64,000 nt of DNA, from NCBI RefSeq assembly GCF_050320075.1, contig NZ_CP190018.1; one strand, written 5' to 3'. A model generated the notes under the pieces. That model was not told the origin of the DNA. It was given only the letters and a program-made list of their open reading frames with translations, and searched no databases. Below are positions 45,409-57,199 of the stretch, piece after piece (the first letter of the stretch is position 1; the number at the start of each line of letters is the position of its first letter). Made by a program: the position numbers and the translations under genes. This DNA comes from Escherichia coli. GTDB taxonomy: Bacteria; Pseudomonadota; Gammaproteobacteria; Enterobacterales; Enterobacteriaceae.

Positions 45409-46805
45409 GGTTCAAAATTTCCCTGACCACACGCCTGAGCCTGATTTTTTCTGCGGTGATGCTTACGGTATGGTGGTTATCAAGTTTTATCCTGATTAGC
45501 ACCCTTAATGGCTATTTCGATAATCAGGACCGCGATTTTCTGACAGGTAAACTTCAGCTCACCGAAGAGTTTCTTAAAACAGAGACGTTCAGGAACAAAA
45601 CGGATATTAAGTCATTATCAGAAAAAATAAACGATGCGATGGTGGGGCACAATGGCTTATTCATTTCTATAAAAAACATGGAAAATGAAAAAATTGTTGA
45701 ACTCTATGCCAAAAATTCTGTTGTTCCAGCGGTCCTGCTTAATAAGTCGGGTGATATTCTCGACTATATGATCCAGACGGAAGAAAATAACACCGTGTAC
45801 CGCAGTATCTCGCGGCGGGTTGCCGTGACGCCGGAACAGGGTAAAAGCAAACATGTCATCATTACGGTTGCCACGGATACTGGGTATCACACCCTGTTTA
45901 TGGACAAACTCAGTACCTGGCTGTTCTGGTTCAATATCGGTCTGGTCTTTATTTCTGTTTTTCTGGGCTGGCTGACCACACGTATTGGTCTGAAACCGCT
46001 ACGGGAAATGACCAGTCTGGCTTCCTCCATGACCGTACACAGCCTGGATCAGCGTCTAAATCCCGATCTGGCTCCGCCGGAAATCTCTGAGACCATGCAG
46101 GAGTTCAATAATATGTTTGATCGCCTGGAGGGGGCATTCCGGAAACTGTCAGATTTCTCGTCTGACATCGCGCATGAGCTGCGCACACCAGTCAGTAATC
46201 TGATGATGCAGACGCAGTTTGCACTGGCTAAGGAAAGGGATGTTTCGCATTACCGCGAAATTTTATTCGCTAACCTGGAAGAACTGAAAAGGTTGTCACG
46301 AATGACCAGTGACATGCTTTTTCTGGCACGTTCAGAGCATGGTCTGCTGCGGCTGGATAAACATGATGTGGATCTGGCAGCCGAACTGAATGAATTACGT
46401 GAGTTGTTCGAGCCCCTGGCAGACGAAACAGGAAAGACAATCACGGTTGAAGGAGAGGGCGTTGTTGCCGGAGACAGCGATATGCTCCGACGTGCTTTCA
46501 GTAACCTGCTTTCCAATGCAATCAAGTATTCTCCCGATAACACCTGTACAGCGATACACCTTGAGCGTGACAGTGACTGTGTGAACGTGATGATTACGAA
46601 TACGATGTCCGGCCAGGTTCCCGCTAATCTGGAACGTTTGTTTGACCGGTTCTATCGCGCAGACTCATCAAGGTTCTACAACACGGAAGGCGCGGGGCTG
46701 GGATTATCAATTACAAGGTCGATCATTCATGCTCACGGCGGCGAGCTGTCAGCAGAACAGCAGGGGCGTGAAATTGTGTTCAAAGTGCGCCTGTTAATGG
46801 ATTAA
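45405..46805 (+). CDS. pcoS: Sensor histidine kinase PcoS
   Basis: 466-aa ORF with H-box [10 protein letters not shown]; overlaps pcoR by 4 nt. Confidence 0.9.
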   Translation: MRFKISLTTRLSLIFSAVMLTVWWLSSFILISTLNGYFDNQDRDFLTGKLQLTEEFLKTETFRNKTDIKSLSEKINDAMVGHNGLFISIKNMENEKIVELYAKNSVVPAVLLNKSGDILDYMIQTEENNTVYRSISRRVAVTPEQGKSKHVIITVATDTGYHTLFMDKLSTWLFWFNIGLVFISVFLGWLTTRIGLKPLREMTSLASSMTVHSLDQRLNPDLAPPEISETMQEFNNMFDRLEGAFRKLSDFSSDIAHELRTPVSNLMMQTQFALAKERDVSHYREILFANLEELKRLSRMTSDMLFLARSEHGLLRLDKHDVDLAAELNELRELFEPLADETGKTITVEGEGVVAGDSDMLRRAFSNLLSNAIKYSPDNTCTAIHLERDSDCVNVMITNTMSGQVPANLERLFDRFYRADSSRFYNTEGAGLGLSITRSIIHAHGGELSAEQQGREIVFKVRLLMD

Positions 46806-46833
46806 TCCCGTTGTTCAGGAGAAACCTGGAAGG

Positions 46834-46847
46834 TGACAAAATTGTCA
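46834..46847. promoter_or_regulatory. Copper box (tgacaaaattgtca) upstream of pcoE
   Basis: Palindrome of CusR/PcoR operator type about 175 nt upstream of pcoE. Confidence 0.5.
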
Positions 46848-47022
46848 TCATTCAGTCACGCGATAAACAGAGGCGGTTTTTTATAATTATTCATAAATCA
46901 GGAGCAGCGTGATAACACAATCACCTGGTTCCTGGAGTGATGATTAACCCGCCCTGAGATCAACTGCTTTCTCTGTTATAAGCCATTGATTGTTTGGGTA
47001 TGTAAACACCGGAGACCCAACC

Positions 47023-47457
47023 ATGAAAAAGATTCTCGTATCATTTGTTGCCATTATGGCTGCCGCTTCATCTGCCATGGCTGCAGAGACAATGAACATG
47101 CATGACCAGGTAAATAATGCACAGGCACCTGCCCACCAGATGCAGTCATCTGCTGAAAAAAGTGCAATTCAGGGAGACAGCATGACAATGATGGATATGA
47201 GCAGTCACGATCAGGCCGCAATGTCCCATGACATGATGCAAAACAGCAATTCTGCTGCCCACCAGGACATGGCTGAAATGCATAAAAAAATGATGAAAGC
47301 TAAACCCGGAGCTACCAACGAAACAGCAAAGTCATTTTCTGAAATGAGCGAGCATGAGAAGGCCGCAGCTGTACATGAGAAGGCGAATAATGGTCAGTCT
47401 TCCGTTGTTCACCAGCAGCAGGCTGATAAGCATCGCAGTCAGATCACCCAGAATTAA
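47023..47457 (+). CDS. pcoE: Periplasmic copper-binding protein PcoE
   Basis: 144 aa from MKKILVSFVAIMAAASSAMA...; SilE/PcoE repeat pattern. Confidence 0.85.
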   Translation: MKKILVSFVAIMAAASSAMAAETMNMHDQVNNAQAPAHQMQSSAEKSAIQGDSMTMMDMSSHDQAAMSHDMMQNSNSAAHQDMAEMHKKMMKAKPGATNETAKSFSEMSEHEKAAAVHEKANNGQSSVVHQQQADKHRSQITQN

Positions 47458-47509
47458 CCCGCAGCTCCACTTGTTAGACCCTCATTTGACGCCGAAGTCA
47501 CTGGCTTAC

Positions 47510-47534
47510 GCTCCCGTCCGGGAGCGTTTTTTTT
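47510..47534 (+). terminator. Rho-independent terminator after pcoE
   Basis: Stem gctcccg / cgggagc followed by T8. Confidence 0.65.
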
Positions 47535-47583
47535 CCCATATATCAAACTTTAACTCTGAAGAGGTGGAAGTATCTGACCAACT

Positions 47584-50282
47584 GTAAGCGACTCGTCAGA
47601 ACCGTATTGATATTTACTGAGAGCTCAGATCAACTTTCCAGGGCAACAGATCGCGTACCCGGTTTGCCGGCCAGTCCTGGATATGTTCAATGACGTAACG
47701 CAGCCACTTTTCTGGCTCCACATTGTTCAGACGGCATGTGCCGATCAGCGAGTACAACACCGCCGCATGTTCACCACCGCTGTCGGAACCCGCGAACATC
47801 CAGTTTTTCCGGCCTACGGCCACTCCCCGTAAGGCGTTCTCTGCGATGTTGTTGTCGATTTCCACCCAGCCATTACTGCAGTACACGTTCAGTGCATCCC
47901 ACTGTTTCAGCAGGTATGCGAACGCTTTTGCCGTATCTGAGTGACGCGACAGTGTTTTCATCTGTTGCTGTATCCAGTCATACAGTGACTGCATCAGTGG
48001 CGCGGCTCTGGCTTTTCTTGCCGCCAGACGCTGTTCTGCTGAACAGCCCCGGACCTCTGCCTCGATGGCATACAGTTCACCGATACGCTGCAGGGCTTCC
48101 GTGGTGATGTAGGTGGGCGCTCTTGCATGCACATCGTGGATTTTTCTCCGGGCATGAGCCATACACGCGGCTTCCGTTATTCTGCCGGATTCGTATAACG
48201 CCCGGTAACCACCGTAAGCATCGGCCTGAAGCACACCGCTGTAACCGGCCAGGTGATTTTGTGGATGGATACCTTTCCGGTCCGGACTGTACGCGAACCA
48301 GACCGCCGGGGGCATCTGTGAACCGGCGTTACGGTCATCACGGACGTAGACCCACAGCCGGGCTGTCCGGGTTTTACCGCTGCCCGGCTCCTGGACCGGG
48401 ACGGGGATATCATCAGCATGGACTTTACCGGGCATCAGCACATACTGGCGCAGGACGTCATACAGCGGCTCCAGCAGTTCAGCAACAGCACCTGTCCAGC
48501 GCCCCAGTGTGGCACGGCTCAGCTCCACTCCCTGACGACGGTATATTTCTGACTGGCGGTATAACGGCAGATGGTCTGCATATTTCCCGGTGACAACATG
48601 GGCCAGAAGCCCCGCTCCGGCATAACTGCGTGCAATGGGTTTTGAAGGTACTGGTGCCTGCACGATATGGTCGCACCGGCAACAGGCCTGTTTCGGACGT
48701 TGTGTTTCGATAACCTTAAAGGCGCTGCTGATAAGCTCCAGTTGCTCTGACACATCACATCCCAGAGAACTGAGTTCACCACCACAGGCAGGACAGCATT
48801 CCTCTTCCGGCCGGATAACCCGGGTTTCACGGGGAAGTGAGGCCGGTAACGGTTTACGGGCTGAAGACTGGCGCAGGGCGGATGGCAGTACCGGGTCATA
48901 TTGCTCACCCAGCGTTTCCGCCATTTCTTCCTGAAGTGCGCTGATTCGCTCCTGTGCTTCCTGTATCTGCCGTTCGGTTTTTGCACGAAGTTTTTCTGAG
49001 CTTTTACCGAACTGCATACGTTGCAGTTTCGCAACCAGCGCCTTCAGCCGGTTGATTTCGGAAGCATAAGCCGCCACCCGCTGTGAGAGCAGGCGGTTGT
49101 ATTCAGCCATCTGGCGGATGGTGTCCTGTTGCGTCTGCAACAGTGCCCGCAGGCGGGCGTTCTCATGAGCAAGTGAGGTGTCCATATCCTCACTTTACAA
49201 CGGGTTATATGCGGATTCCAGCGCGTTCCGTTCGTTTCGGGTGCTTCCAGTTGATACCTTCAAGAAGCATGGATAACTGAGCCGGAGTAAGGTGCACCTT
49301 GCCGTCACGGGTGACTGGCCAGACGAAGCGGCCCCGCTCCAGGCGTTTGGTGAAGAGGCACAGTCCGTCACTGTCAGCCCACAACACTTTTATCTGGTCA
49401 CCCCGGCGTCCGCGGAAGATGAACAGGTGTCCGGAGAACGGGTCATCCTTCAGGACGTTCTGAACTTTTGATGCCAGGCCGTTAAAGCCATTTCGCATAT
49501 CGGTGATACCTGCAACCAGCCAGATACGCGAACCTGCAGGGAGAGATATCATCAGTGGCTGCTCCCTTTTATTTCGCGGATAAGTGTCTGTAATAACGCC
49601 GGCGTCAGTTTACCTTTAAGCCTGAGAGTTCCGGCCGGCAGAACCAGCTCACAACACAGACTGTCGGACGGTGTATTTATCTGCTCTGGTTCCTGTGCGG
49701 GGGCCGGGATTTTATTATCCGGCTCCGGCGTTAACGTCACGGGAAGCAGTGCCGGCATATTTTTTCCGGAAGGCAGCAGGCCACCTTTCCGGTATTGATG
49801 GCGCCAGTTGAAGAGCAGGTTATCGTTGATTCCGTTTTCCCGGGCGATCTGCGCCACACAGGCTCCGGGCTGCAGTGACTGCTCCACTAAGGCGATTTTA
49901 AACTCATAAGGGAAGTTGGGCCGCCGGGGACGTTTTTTTACCACGGGGGCTTCGGATATAACGGTGCTTTCAGGACGTACGACTGGTACCGTGGAAAATT
50001 GTCCGTAAAGGCAGGCATCAAGTTCCTGCTCCGACATGCCTGCGGGCAAAGGCCACGAAAGGCCAGCTCTCCGAAAGCGCACGAACATACTACAAACTGT
50101 TGATTTTGGTACACCCAGGCGACGCCCGGCCACAACCCGGGGTAAATGTTCTTCAAAGTGAAGACGTAAAGCTTCAGTGATCCAGGTCCGGTGTTTCATA
50201 CGATAGTGTCCATTAAAAATGATGGACATTATTTTTGTAGAGCCGGAGGAAACAGACCAGACGGTTTAAATGAGCCGGTTAC
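47584..50282 (-). mobile_element. IS66-family insertion sequence (about 2.7 kb); tnpA 49552-50229, tnpB 49205-49552, tnpC 47614-49185
   Basis: Three-ORF IS66 organisation (225-aa, 115-aa and 523-aa DDE transposase), terminus GTAAGCGACTCGTCAG..., imperfect opposite end ...GCCGGTTAC, flanking 8-mers gaccaact / gaccaaca. Confidence 0.8.
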
Positions 50283-50419
50283 GACCAACACTGTCACGTA
50301 ACGCCAGATAACTACAAAAACACCTTTTTCCTCCTGTAAATTGCAGTTCCTGCAAGAACATCAAGGTATAATGTTGGAACAGCGTGTGATACACACTTAG
50401 CATCATGTTTTGTATGTGT

Positions 50420-50487
50420 TTTTTTAAAACTTTACAACTTTAAAGTCTTTTTCAGGTTAAAGGATACAACTTTAATGTCTCTACACA
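50420..50487. repeat. Tn7-like left end with TACAACTTT repeats
   Basis: Inverted counterpart of the right-end repeats (about 50432 and 50465), terminal ...ACA at 50487 followed by ATTGCA. Confidence 0.6.
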
Positions 50488-50822
50488 ATTGCAGCGAAGT
50501 CGTCCTGAGCTATTTCCTAAAGATGAAAATTATTAGAGTCGCATTAAAAATGAGCTAATTTTGATAGTGGTTATCTTGTGATTATTTTCTAATGAGCCTG
50601 TGAACTGAGACCCTCCATGCTTAATATAAGGTGGAGGGAAAGGTGATTAAAACTCCCCCAGTGGCCAGATCTTTATAAAATATGAACAGGTTGAAAAAAT
50701 CAGCAACTTAGCTGTTTATTTATACTTAACCACTATGCATTAATGCTGCGTTATTTCATGATACCTAAGAAAAACCAGCGTTACGCAAATAATCAACGCT
50801 GGTTTTATCCGGTACGTTGCAA

Positions 50823-51179
50823 TTATTTTTTAGCAGAACCCGCTTCTAATATTGAAACGATTGAGAACAACGTAAAGCATACCGCTCCCAAACCGACCAG
50901 AACCCGCGAAGGAATAAAATATCCCATATCGGTCTGCGCCATTTCCGCAAGAAACGATGCCAGGAAAAGGCAAAACAGGCAGGTGAAGACGGGAATCATC
51001 GGTATTCTGTTGGCTAACGAACAGGTACGTCTCCAGACCAGTGCCAGTAGCCAGACTTTTGAGAATATGCTGTAACAGATCATTCCGAGGCAAATGAGGA
51101 TAATGCCGGGAGCCAGTCGGGCGCTTGCATCGGAGCTGACTAACACGTATATGCCCTGCAGCACCGTGATTGAGCCGAG
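50823..51179 (-). pseudogene. yhiM: 3' fragment of inner-membrane protein gene (yhiM-like by position), 5'-truncated by IS1
   Basis: Hydrophobic open frame that runs without a stop into the IS1 terminus at 51180; identity inferred from position convergent with yhiN. Confidence 0.5.
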
Positions 51180-51947
51180 GGTGATGCTGCCAACTTACTG
51201 ATTTAGTGTATGATGGTGTTTTTGAGGTGCTCCAGTGGCTTCTGTTTCTATCAGCTGTCCCTCCTGTTCAGCTACTGACGGGGTGGTGCGTAACGGCAAA
51301 AGCACCGCCGGACATCAGCGCTATCTCTGCTCTCACTGCCGTAAAACATGGCAACTGCAGTTCACTTACACCGCTTCTCAACCCGGTACGCACCAGAAAA
51401 TCATTGATATGGCCATGAATGGCGTTGGATGCCGGGCAACCGCCCGCATTATGGGCGTTGGCCTCAACACGATTTTCCGCCATTTAAAAAACTCAGGCCG
51501 CAGTCGGTAACCTCGCGCATACAGCCGGGCAGTGACGTCATCGTCTGCGCGGAAATGGACGAACAGTGGGGATACGTCGGGGCTAAATCGCGCCAGCGCT
51601 GGCTGTTTTACGCGTATGACAGGCTCCGGAAGACGGTTGTTGCGCACGTATTCGGTGAACGCACTCTGGCCACACTGGAGCGTCTTCTAAGCCTGCTGTC
51701 GGCCTTTGAGGTCGTGGTATGGATGACGGATGGCTGGCCGCTGTATGAATCCCGCCTGAAGGGAAAGCTGCACGTAATCAGCAAGCGTTACACTCAGCGA
51801 ATTGAGCGGCATAACCTGAATCTGAGACAACATCTGGCAAGGCTGGGACGGAAGTCACTGTCGTTCTCAAAATCGGTGGAGCTGCATGACAAGGTCATCG
51901 GGCATTATCTGAACATAAAACACTATCAGTAAGTTGGAGTCATTACC
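51180..51947 (+). mobile_element. insAB: IS1 (768 bp), copy B; insA 51235-51510, insB 51429-51932
   Basis: Complete IS1 in opposite orientation to copy A; flanking 9-mers (tgagccgag vs cgctgacag) are unrelated, so no target-site duplication. Confidence 0.95.
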
Positions 51948-53034
51948 CGCTGACAGAACCTATTTCTCCAATTGTTCACCTGTTGATCCCACAAGTACCA
52001 GACCAACCTATTTTGGCGATACCGATGGCTCAGTTGGTGCAGTTTTGTACGCGCTTTTCGCAACGGGACATTTGGGAATCATGGCTGAAGGAGAAAATTT
52101 CCTTGGCCAGTTGCTTAATATAGAAGATGAAGTTCTCAACGTATTGCTAAGGGAGAACTTTAATGAGCAACTTGACACTAATGTTAATACAATAATCAGT
52201 ATTCTGAACAGAAGAGATATAGTTTTAGAAAGTCTTCAGCCTTATTTAGTTATTAATAAAGACGCTGTGACGCCATGTACGTTTCTGGGTGACCAAACCG
52301 GCGATCGATTTAGTAATATCTGTGGCGATCAATTTATCATCGATTTGTTAAAACGTATAATGAGTATCAATGAAAACGTTCATGTATTAGCTGGAAATCA
52401 TGAAACGAATTGCAATGGTAACTATATGCAGAACTTCACGCGTATGAAACCACTTGATGAGGATACCTACGCTGGGATAAAAGATTATCCTGTATGTTTC
52501 TATGACCCTAAATACAAAATAATGGCAAATCATCATGGGATAACTTTTGATGATCAGCGAAAACGTTACATTATAGGACCGATAACAGTCTCTATTGATG
52601 AAATGACCAATGCTCTCGATCCGGTCGAATTAGCGGCAATTATTAATAAAAAGCATCATACTATAATTAATGGTAAAAAGTTTAAAACTAGCCGGGCTAT
52701 CTCTTGTCGATCCTTTAATCGTTATTTTTCTGTTTCGACAGATTACAGACCTAAACTTGAAGCACTATTAGCATGCTCACAAATGTTAGGTATAAATCAA
52801 GTTGTTGCACATAACGGAAATGGTGGGAGAGAACGCATAGGTGAAACGGGGACAGTTTTAGGTCTTAACGCCCGTGACAGTAAACATGCTGGAAGAATGT
52901 TCAGCATGCATAATTGCCAAATTAACCCTGGTGCGGGGCCTGAGATAACCACTCCCTGGAAGTCTTACCAGCATGAAAAAAACAAAAATGGACTTATGCC
53001 TTTGATTAGAAGGCGCACAATGTTACAGCTCTGA
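51948..53034 (+). pseudogene. 3' portion of an uncharacterised gene (yhiJ-like by position), 5'-truncated by IS1
   Basis: Open frame enters from inside the IS1 end (the apparent TTG start is IS1 sequence); about 360 codons remain; contains a GNHE motif. Identity is positional inference only. Confidence 0.45.
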
Positions 53035-53399
53035 ACCATAGACAACATGAATATTAATGTTACTATCTGGTTGAGACTGTTGATAAAACGTAATAAGGAA
53101 TGCTCTGTTCCTGCAACTGAACAGGCGTGAAACGCTATCCAACAGGATGGATACCGTTTTGTCAGCCAGTTTTATAGATCACACTTATGAGTATGCGTGT
53201 TTCATTTACGGCCAGGAATGCTGATGATGACAACATTACTACCCGTTTTCACTAAGCCTTCCACGTTGGCGCTCAATGCTCTGCGCGCTGGTCGTATTTG
53301 CCGTTTCCTTCTTATCCCGGATGGAAGAATCCGCTGAACGTCGTTCGGCGGCAGTTGTAACACGCGTCGTTTGCTTACAGGGATTATGGCGGGTCGATT

Positions 53400-54467
53400 A
53401 TGGATAAGAGTAAGCGCCATCTGGCGTGGTGGGTTGTCGGGTTACTGGCGGTGGCCGCTATCGTGGCGTGGTGGCTGTTGCGCCCAGCGGGTGTGCCGGA
53501 AGGCTTTGCCGTCAGCAATGGGCGCATTGAAGCGACGGAAGTGGATATCGCCAGCAAAATTGCCGGGCGTATCGACACCATTCTGGTGAAAGAAGGCCAG
53601 TTTGTTCGCGAAGGTGAAGTGCTGGCGAAGATGGATACTCGCGTGTTGCAGGAACAGCGACTGGAAGCCATCGCGCAAATCAAAGAAGCACAAAGCGCCG
53701 TTGCCGCCGCGCAGGCTTTGCTGGAGCAACGCCAAAGCGAAACTCGTGCCGCACAGTCGCTGGTCAATCAACGCCAGGCCGAACTGGACTCCGTTGCCAA
53801 ACGTCATACGCGTTCCCGTTCGCTCGCCCAACGAGGGGCTATTTCTGCGCAACAGCTGGATGACGATCGCGCCGCCGCTGAGAGCGCCCGAGCTGCGCTG
53901 GAATCAGCAAAAGCCCAGGTTTCGGCTTCTAAAGCCGCTATAGAAGCGGCACGCACCAATATCATTCAGGCGCAAACACGCGTCGAAGCCGCACAAGCCA
54001 CTGAACGGCGCATTGCCGCAGATATCGATGACAGCGAACTGAAAGCCCCGCGTGACGGACGCGTGCAGTATCGGGTTGCCGAGCCAGGGGAAGTGCTGGC
54101 GGCAGGCGGTCGGGTGCTGAATATGGTCGATCTGAGCGACGTCTATATGACCTTCTTCCTGCCAACCGAACAGGCGGGCACGCTGAAACTGGGCGGTGAA
54201 GCCCGGCTGATCCTCGATGCCGCGCCAGATCTGCGTATTCCTGCAACCATCAGTTTTGTCGCCAGCGTCGCCCAGTTCACGCCAAAAACCGTCGAAACCA
54301 GCGATGAGCGGCTGAAACTGATGTTCCGCGTCAAAGCGCGTATCCCACCGGAATTACTCCAGCAGCATCTGGAATATGTCAAAACCGGTTTGCCGGGCGT
54401 AGCGTGGGTGCGGGTGAATGAAGAACTTCCGTGGCCTGACGACCTGGTGGTGAGGTTGCCGCAATGA
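53400..54467 (+). CDS. yhiI: HlyD-family membrane fusion protein YhiI
   Basis: 355-aa ORF with N-terminal TM anchor and coiled-coil periplasmic domain; stop overlaps the rbbA start. Confidence 0.85.
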   Translation: MDKSKRHLAWWVVGLLAVAAIVAWWLLRPAGVPEGFAVSNGRIEATEVDIASKIAGRIDTILVKEGQFVREGEVLAKMDTRVLQEQRLEAIAQIKEAQSAVAAAQALLEQRQSETRAAQSLVNQRQAELDSVAKRHTRSRSLAQRGAISAQQLDDDRAAAESARAALESAKAQVSASKAAIEAARTNIIQAQTRVEAAQATERRIAADIDDSELKAPRDGRVQYRVAEPGEVLAAGGRVLNMVDLSDVYMTFFLPTEQAGTLKLGGEARLILDAAPDLRIPATISFVASVAQFTPKTVETSDERLKLMFRVKARIPPELLQQHLEYVKTGLPGVAWVRVNEELPWPDDLVVRLPQ

Positions 54468-57199
54468 CGCATCTGGAACTGGTTCCCGTCCCGCCTGTCG
54501 CGCAACTGGCGGGCGTGAGCCAGCATTATGGAAAAACCGTTGCGCTGAACAATATCACTCTCGATATTCCGACCCGCTGCATGGTTGGGCTGATTGGTCC
54601 GGATGGCGTCGGGAAGTCGAGTTTATTGTCATTGATTTCCGGTGCTCGTGTCATTGAGCAGGGCAATGTGATCGTGCTGGGCGGCGATATGCGCGACCCG
54701 AAGCATCGACGCGACGTTTGCCCGCGCATCGCCTGGATGCCGCAGGGGCTGGGTAAAAACCTCTACCACACCTTGTCGGTGTATGAAAACGTCGATTTTT
54801 TCGCCCGCCTGTTCGGTCACGACAAAGCGGAGCGAGAAGTGCGAATTAATGAGCTGCTGACCAGCACCGGGTTAGCACCGTTTCGTGATCGTCCGGCAGG
54901 GAAACTCTCCGGCGGGATGAAGCAAAAACTGGGGCTGTGCTGTGCGTTAATCCACGACCCGGAACTGTTGATTCTTGATGAGCCAACAACGGGGGTTGAC
55001 CCGCTCTCCCGCGCCCAGTTCTGGGATCTGATCGACAGTATTCGCCAGCGGCAGAGCAATATGAGCGTGCTGGTCGCCACCGCCTACATGGAAGAGGCCG
55101 AACGCTTCGACTGGCTGGTAGCGATGAATGCCGGAGAAGTGCTGGCAACCGGCAGCGCCGAAGAGCTGCGGCAGCAAACGCAAAGCGCCACGCTGGAAGA
55201 AGCATTTATAAATCTGTTACCGCAAGCGCAACGCCAGGCGCATCAGGCGGTAGTGATCCCACCATATCAACCTGAAAACGCAGAGATTGCCATCGAAGCG
55301 CGCGATCTGACCATGCGTTTTGGTTCCTTCGTTGCCGTTGATCACGTCAATTTCCGCATTCCACGCGGGGAGATTTTTGGTTTTCTTGGTTCGAACGGCT
55401 GCGGTAAATCCACCACCATGAAAATGCTTACCGGATTGCTGCCCGCCAGCGAAGGTGAGGCGTGGCTGTTCGGGCAACCGGTTGATCCAAAAGATATCGA
55501 TACTCGCCGTCGGGTAGGCTATATGTCGCAGGCGTTTTCGCTCTATAACGAACTCACCGTGCGGCAAAACCTTGAGTTACATGCCCGTTTGTTTCACATC
55601 CCGGAAGCGGAAATTCCCGCGCGAGTGGCTGAAATGAGCGAGCGTTTTAAGCTCAACGACGTTGAAGATGTTCTGCCGGAGTCATTACCGCTCGGCATTC
55701 GCCAGCGGCTTTCGCTGGCGGTGGCGGTGATTCATCGCCCAGAGATGTTAATCCTCGATGAGCCTACTTCTGGTGTCGATCCGGTGGCGAGGGATATGTT
55801 CTGGCAGTTGATGGTCGATCTCTCGCGTCAGGACAAAGTGACTATCTTCATCTCCACCCACTTTATGAACGAAGCGGAACGTTGCGACCGTATCTCACTG
55901 ATGCACGCCGGAAAAGTGCTCGCCAGCGGTACACCGCAGGAGTTGGTTGAGAAACGCGGAGCCGCCAGTCTGGAAGAGGCATTTATCGCCTATTTGCAGG
56001 AAGCGGCAGGGCAGAGCAGCGAAGCCGAAGCGCCGCCCGTGGTACACGACGCCACCCACGCGCCGCGTCAGGGATTTAGTCTGCGCCGTCTGTTTAGCTA
56101 CAGCCGTCGCGAAGCACTGGAACTGCGACGCGATCCGGTACGTTCGGCGCTGGCGCTGATGGGAACGGTGATCCTGATGCTGATAATGGGTTACGGCATC
56201 AGTATGGATGTGGAAAACCTGCGCTTTGCGGTGCTTGACCGCGACCAGACCGTCAGTAGCCAGGCGTGGACGCTCAATCTCTCCGGTTCCCGTTACTTTA
56301 TCGAACAACCACCGCTCACCAGTTATGACGAACTGGATCGCCGGATGCGTGCGGGCGATATCACGGTGGCGATTGAGATCCCACCCAATTTCGGGCGCGA
56401 TATCGCGCGTGGTACGCCTGTGGAACTCGGTGTCTGGATCGACGGTGCGATGCCCAGTCGTGCCGAAACGGCAAAAGGTTACGTGCAGGCTATGCACCAG
56501 AGCTGGCTACAGGATGTGGCGAGCCGACAATCCACACCCTCCAGCCAAAGCGGGCTGATGAACATTGAGACGCGCTATCGCTATAACCCGGACGTAAAAA
56601 GCCTGCCAGCGATTGTTCCGGCGGTGATCCCGCTTCTGCTGATGATGATCCCGTCAATGCTAAGCGCCCTTAGCGTGGTGCGGGAAAAAGAGTTGGGGTC
56701 GATTATCAACCTTTACGTGACTCCCACCACCCGTAGCGAATTTTTGCTTGGCAAACAGCTACCGTACATCGCGCTGGGGATGCTGAACTTTTTCCTGCTC
56801 TGCGGCCTGTCGGTGTTTGTGTTTGGCGTACCGCATAAAGGCAGTTTCCTGACGCTCACCCTGGCGGCGCTGCTGTATATCATCATCGCCACCGGAATGG
56901 GGCTGCTGATCTCCACCTTTATGAAAAGCCAGATTGCCGCTATTTTCGGTACGGCGATTATCACGTTGATCCCGGCGACACAGTTTTCCGGGATGATTGA
57001 TCCGGTAGCTTCGCTGGAAGGTCCAGGACGCTGGATCGGCGAGGTTTACCCGACCAGTCATTTTCTGACTATTGCCCGCGGGACGTTCTCGAAGGCGCTG
57101 GATTTGACTGATTTGTGGCAACTTTTTATCCCGTTGCTGATAGCCATCCCGCTGGTGATGGGCTTAAGCATCCTGCTGCTGAAAAAACAGGAGGGATGA
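54464..57199 (+). CDS. rbbA: Ribosome-associated ATPase RbbA (fused tandem ABC ATPase plus ABC-2 permease)
   Basis: 911-aa ORF with two Walker A/B and LSGG signature sets followed by a 6-TM domain. Confidence 0.9.
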   Translation: MTHLELVPVPPVAQLAGVSQHYGKTVALNNITLDIPTRCMVGLIGPDGVGKSSLLSLISGARVIEQGNVIVLGGDMRDPKHRRDVCPRIAWMPQGLGKNLYHTLSVYENVDFFARLFGHDKAEREVRINELLTSTGLAPFRDRPAGKLSGGMKQKLGLCCALIHDPELLILDEPTTGVDPLSRAQFWDLIDSIRQRQSNMSVLVATAYMEEAERFDWLVAMNAGEVLATGSAEELRQQTQSATLEEAFINLLPQAQRQAHQAVVIPPYQPENAEIAIEARDLTMRFGSFVAVDHVNFRIPRGEIFGFLGSNGCGKSTTMKMLTGLLPASEGEAWLFGQPVDPKDIDTRRRVGYMSQAFSLYNELTVRQNLELHARLFHIPEAEIPARVAEMSERFKLNDVEDVLPESLPLGIRQRLSLAVAVIHRPEMLILDEPTSGVDPVARDMFWQLMVDLSRQDKVTIFISTHFMNEAERCDRISLMHAGKVLASGTPQELVEKRGAASLEEAFIAYLQEAAGQSSEAEAPPVVHDATHAPRQGFSLRRLFSYSRREALELRRDPVRSALALMGTVILMLIMGYGISMDVENLRFAVLDRDQTVSSQAWTLNLSGSRYFIEQPPLTSYDELDRRMRAGDITVAIEIPPNFGRDIARGTPVELGVWIDGAMPSRAETAKGYVQAMHQSWLQDVASRQSTPSSQSGLMNIETRYRYNPDVKSLPAIVPAVIPLLLMMIPSMLSALSVVREKELGSIINLYVTPTTRSEFLLGKQLPYIALGMLNFFLLCGLSVFVFGVPHKGSFLTLTLAALLYIIIATGMGLLISTFMKSQIAAIFGTAIITLIPATQFSGMIDPVASLEGPGRWIGEVYPTSHFLTIARGTFSKALDLTDLWQLFIPLLIAIPLVMGLSILLLKKQEG

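Larger units (their letters stand above)
23818..50487 (-). mobile_element. Tn7-like element (26.7 kb) with sil/pco copper-silver resistance cargo, transposition module degenerate
   Basis: Termini TGTCCGAGGACAATAAAGTTGTA (23818) and TACAACTTTAATGTCTCTACACA (ends 50487) are imperfect inverted repeats with TGT...ACA tips and internal AAAGTTGTA repeats; ATTGCA direct repeat on both flanks; tnsA-like gene reads inward from the right end. Confidence 0.7.

Noticed and set aside
24598..51947. Inversion of the island by recombination between the inverted IS1 copies having already occurred
   Set aside because: The native yhiN tail and downstream spacer sit directly outside the island's left end at 50488, as expected for a simple insertion; the current order needs no inversion.
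53442..54526. Several 90-136-aa minus-strand ORFs
   Set aside because: All lie antisense to yhiI, in its Ala/Gln-rich coiled-coil region.
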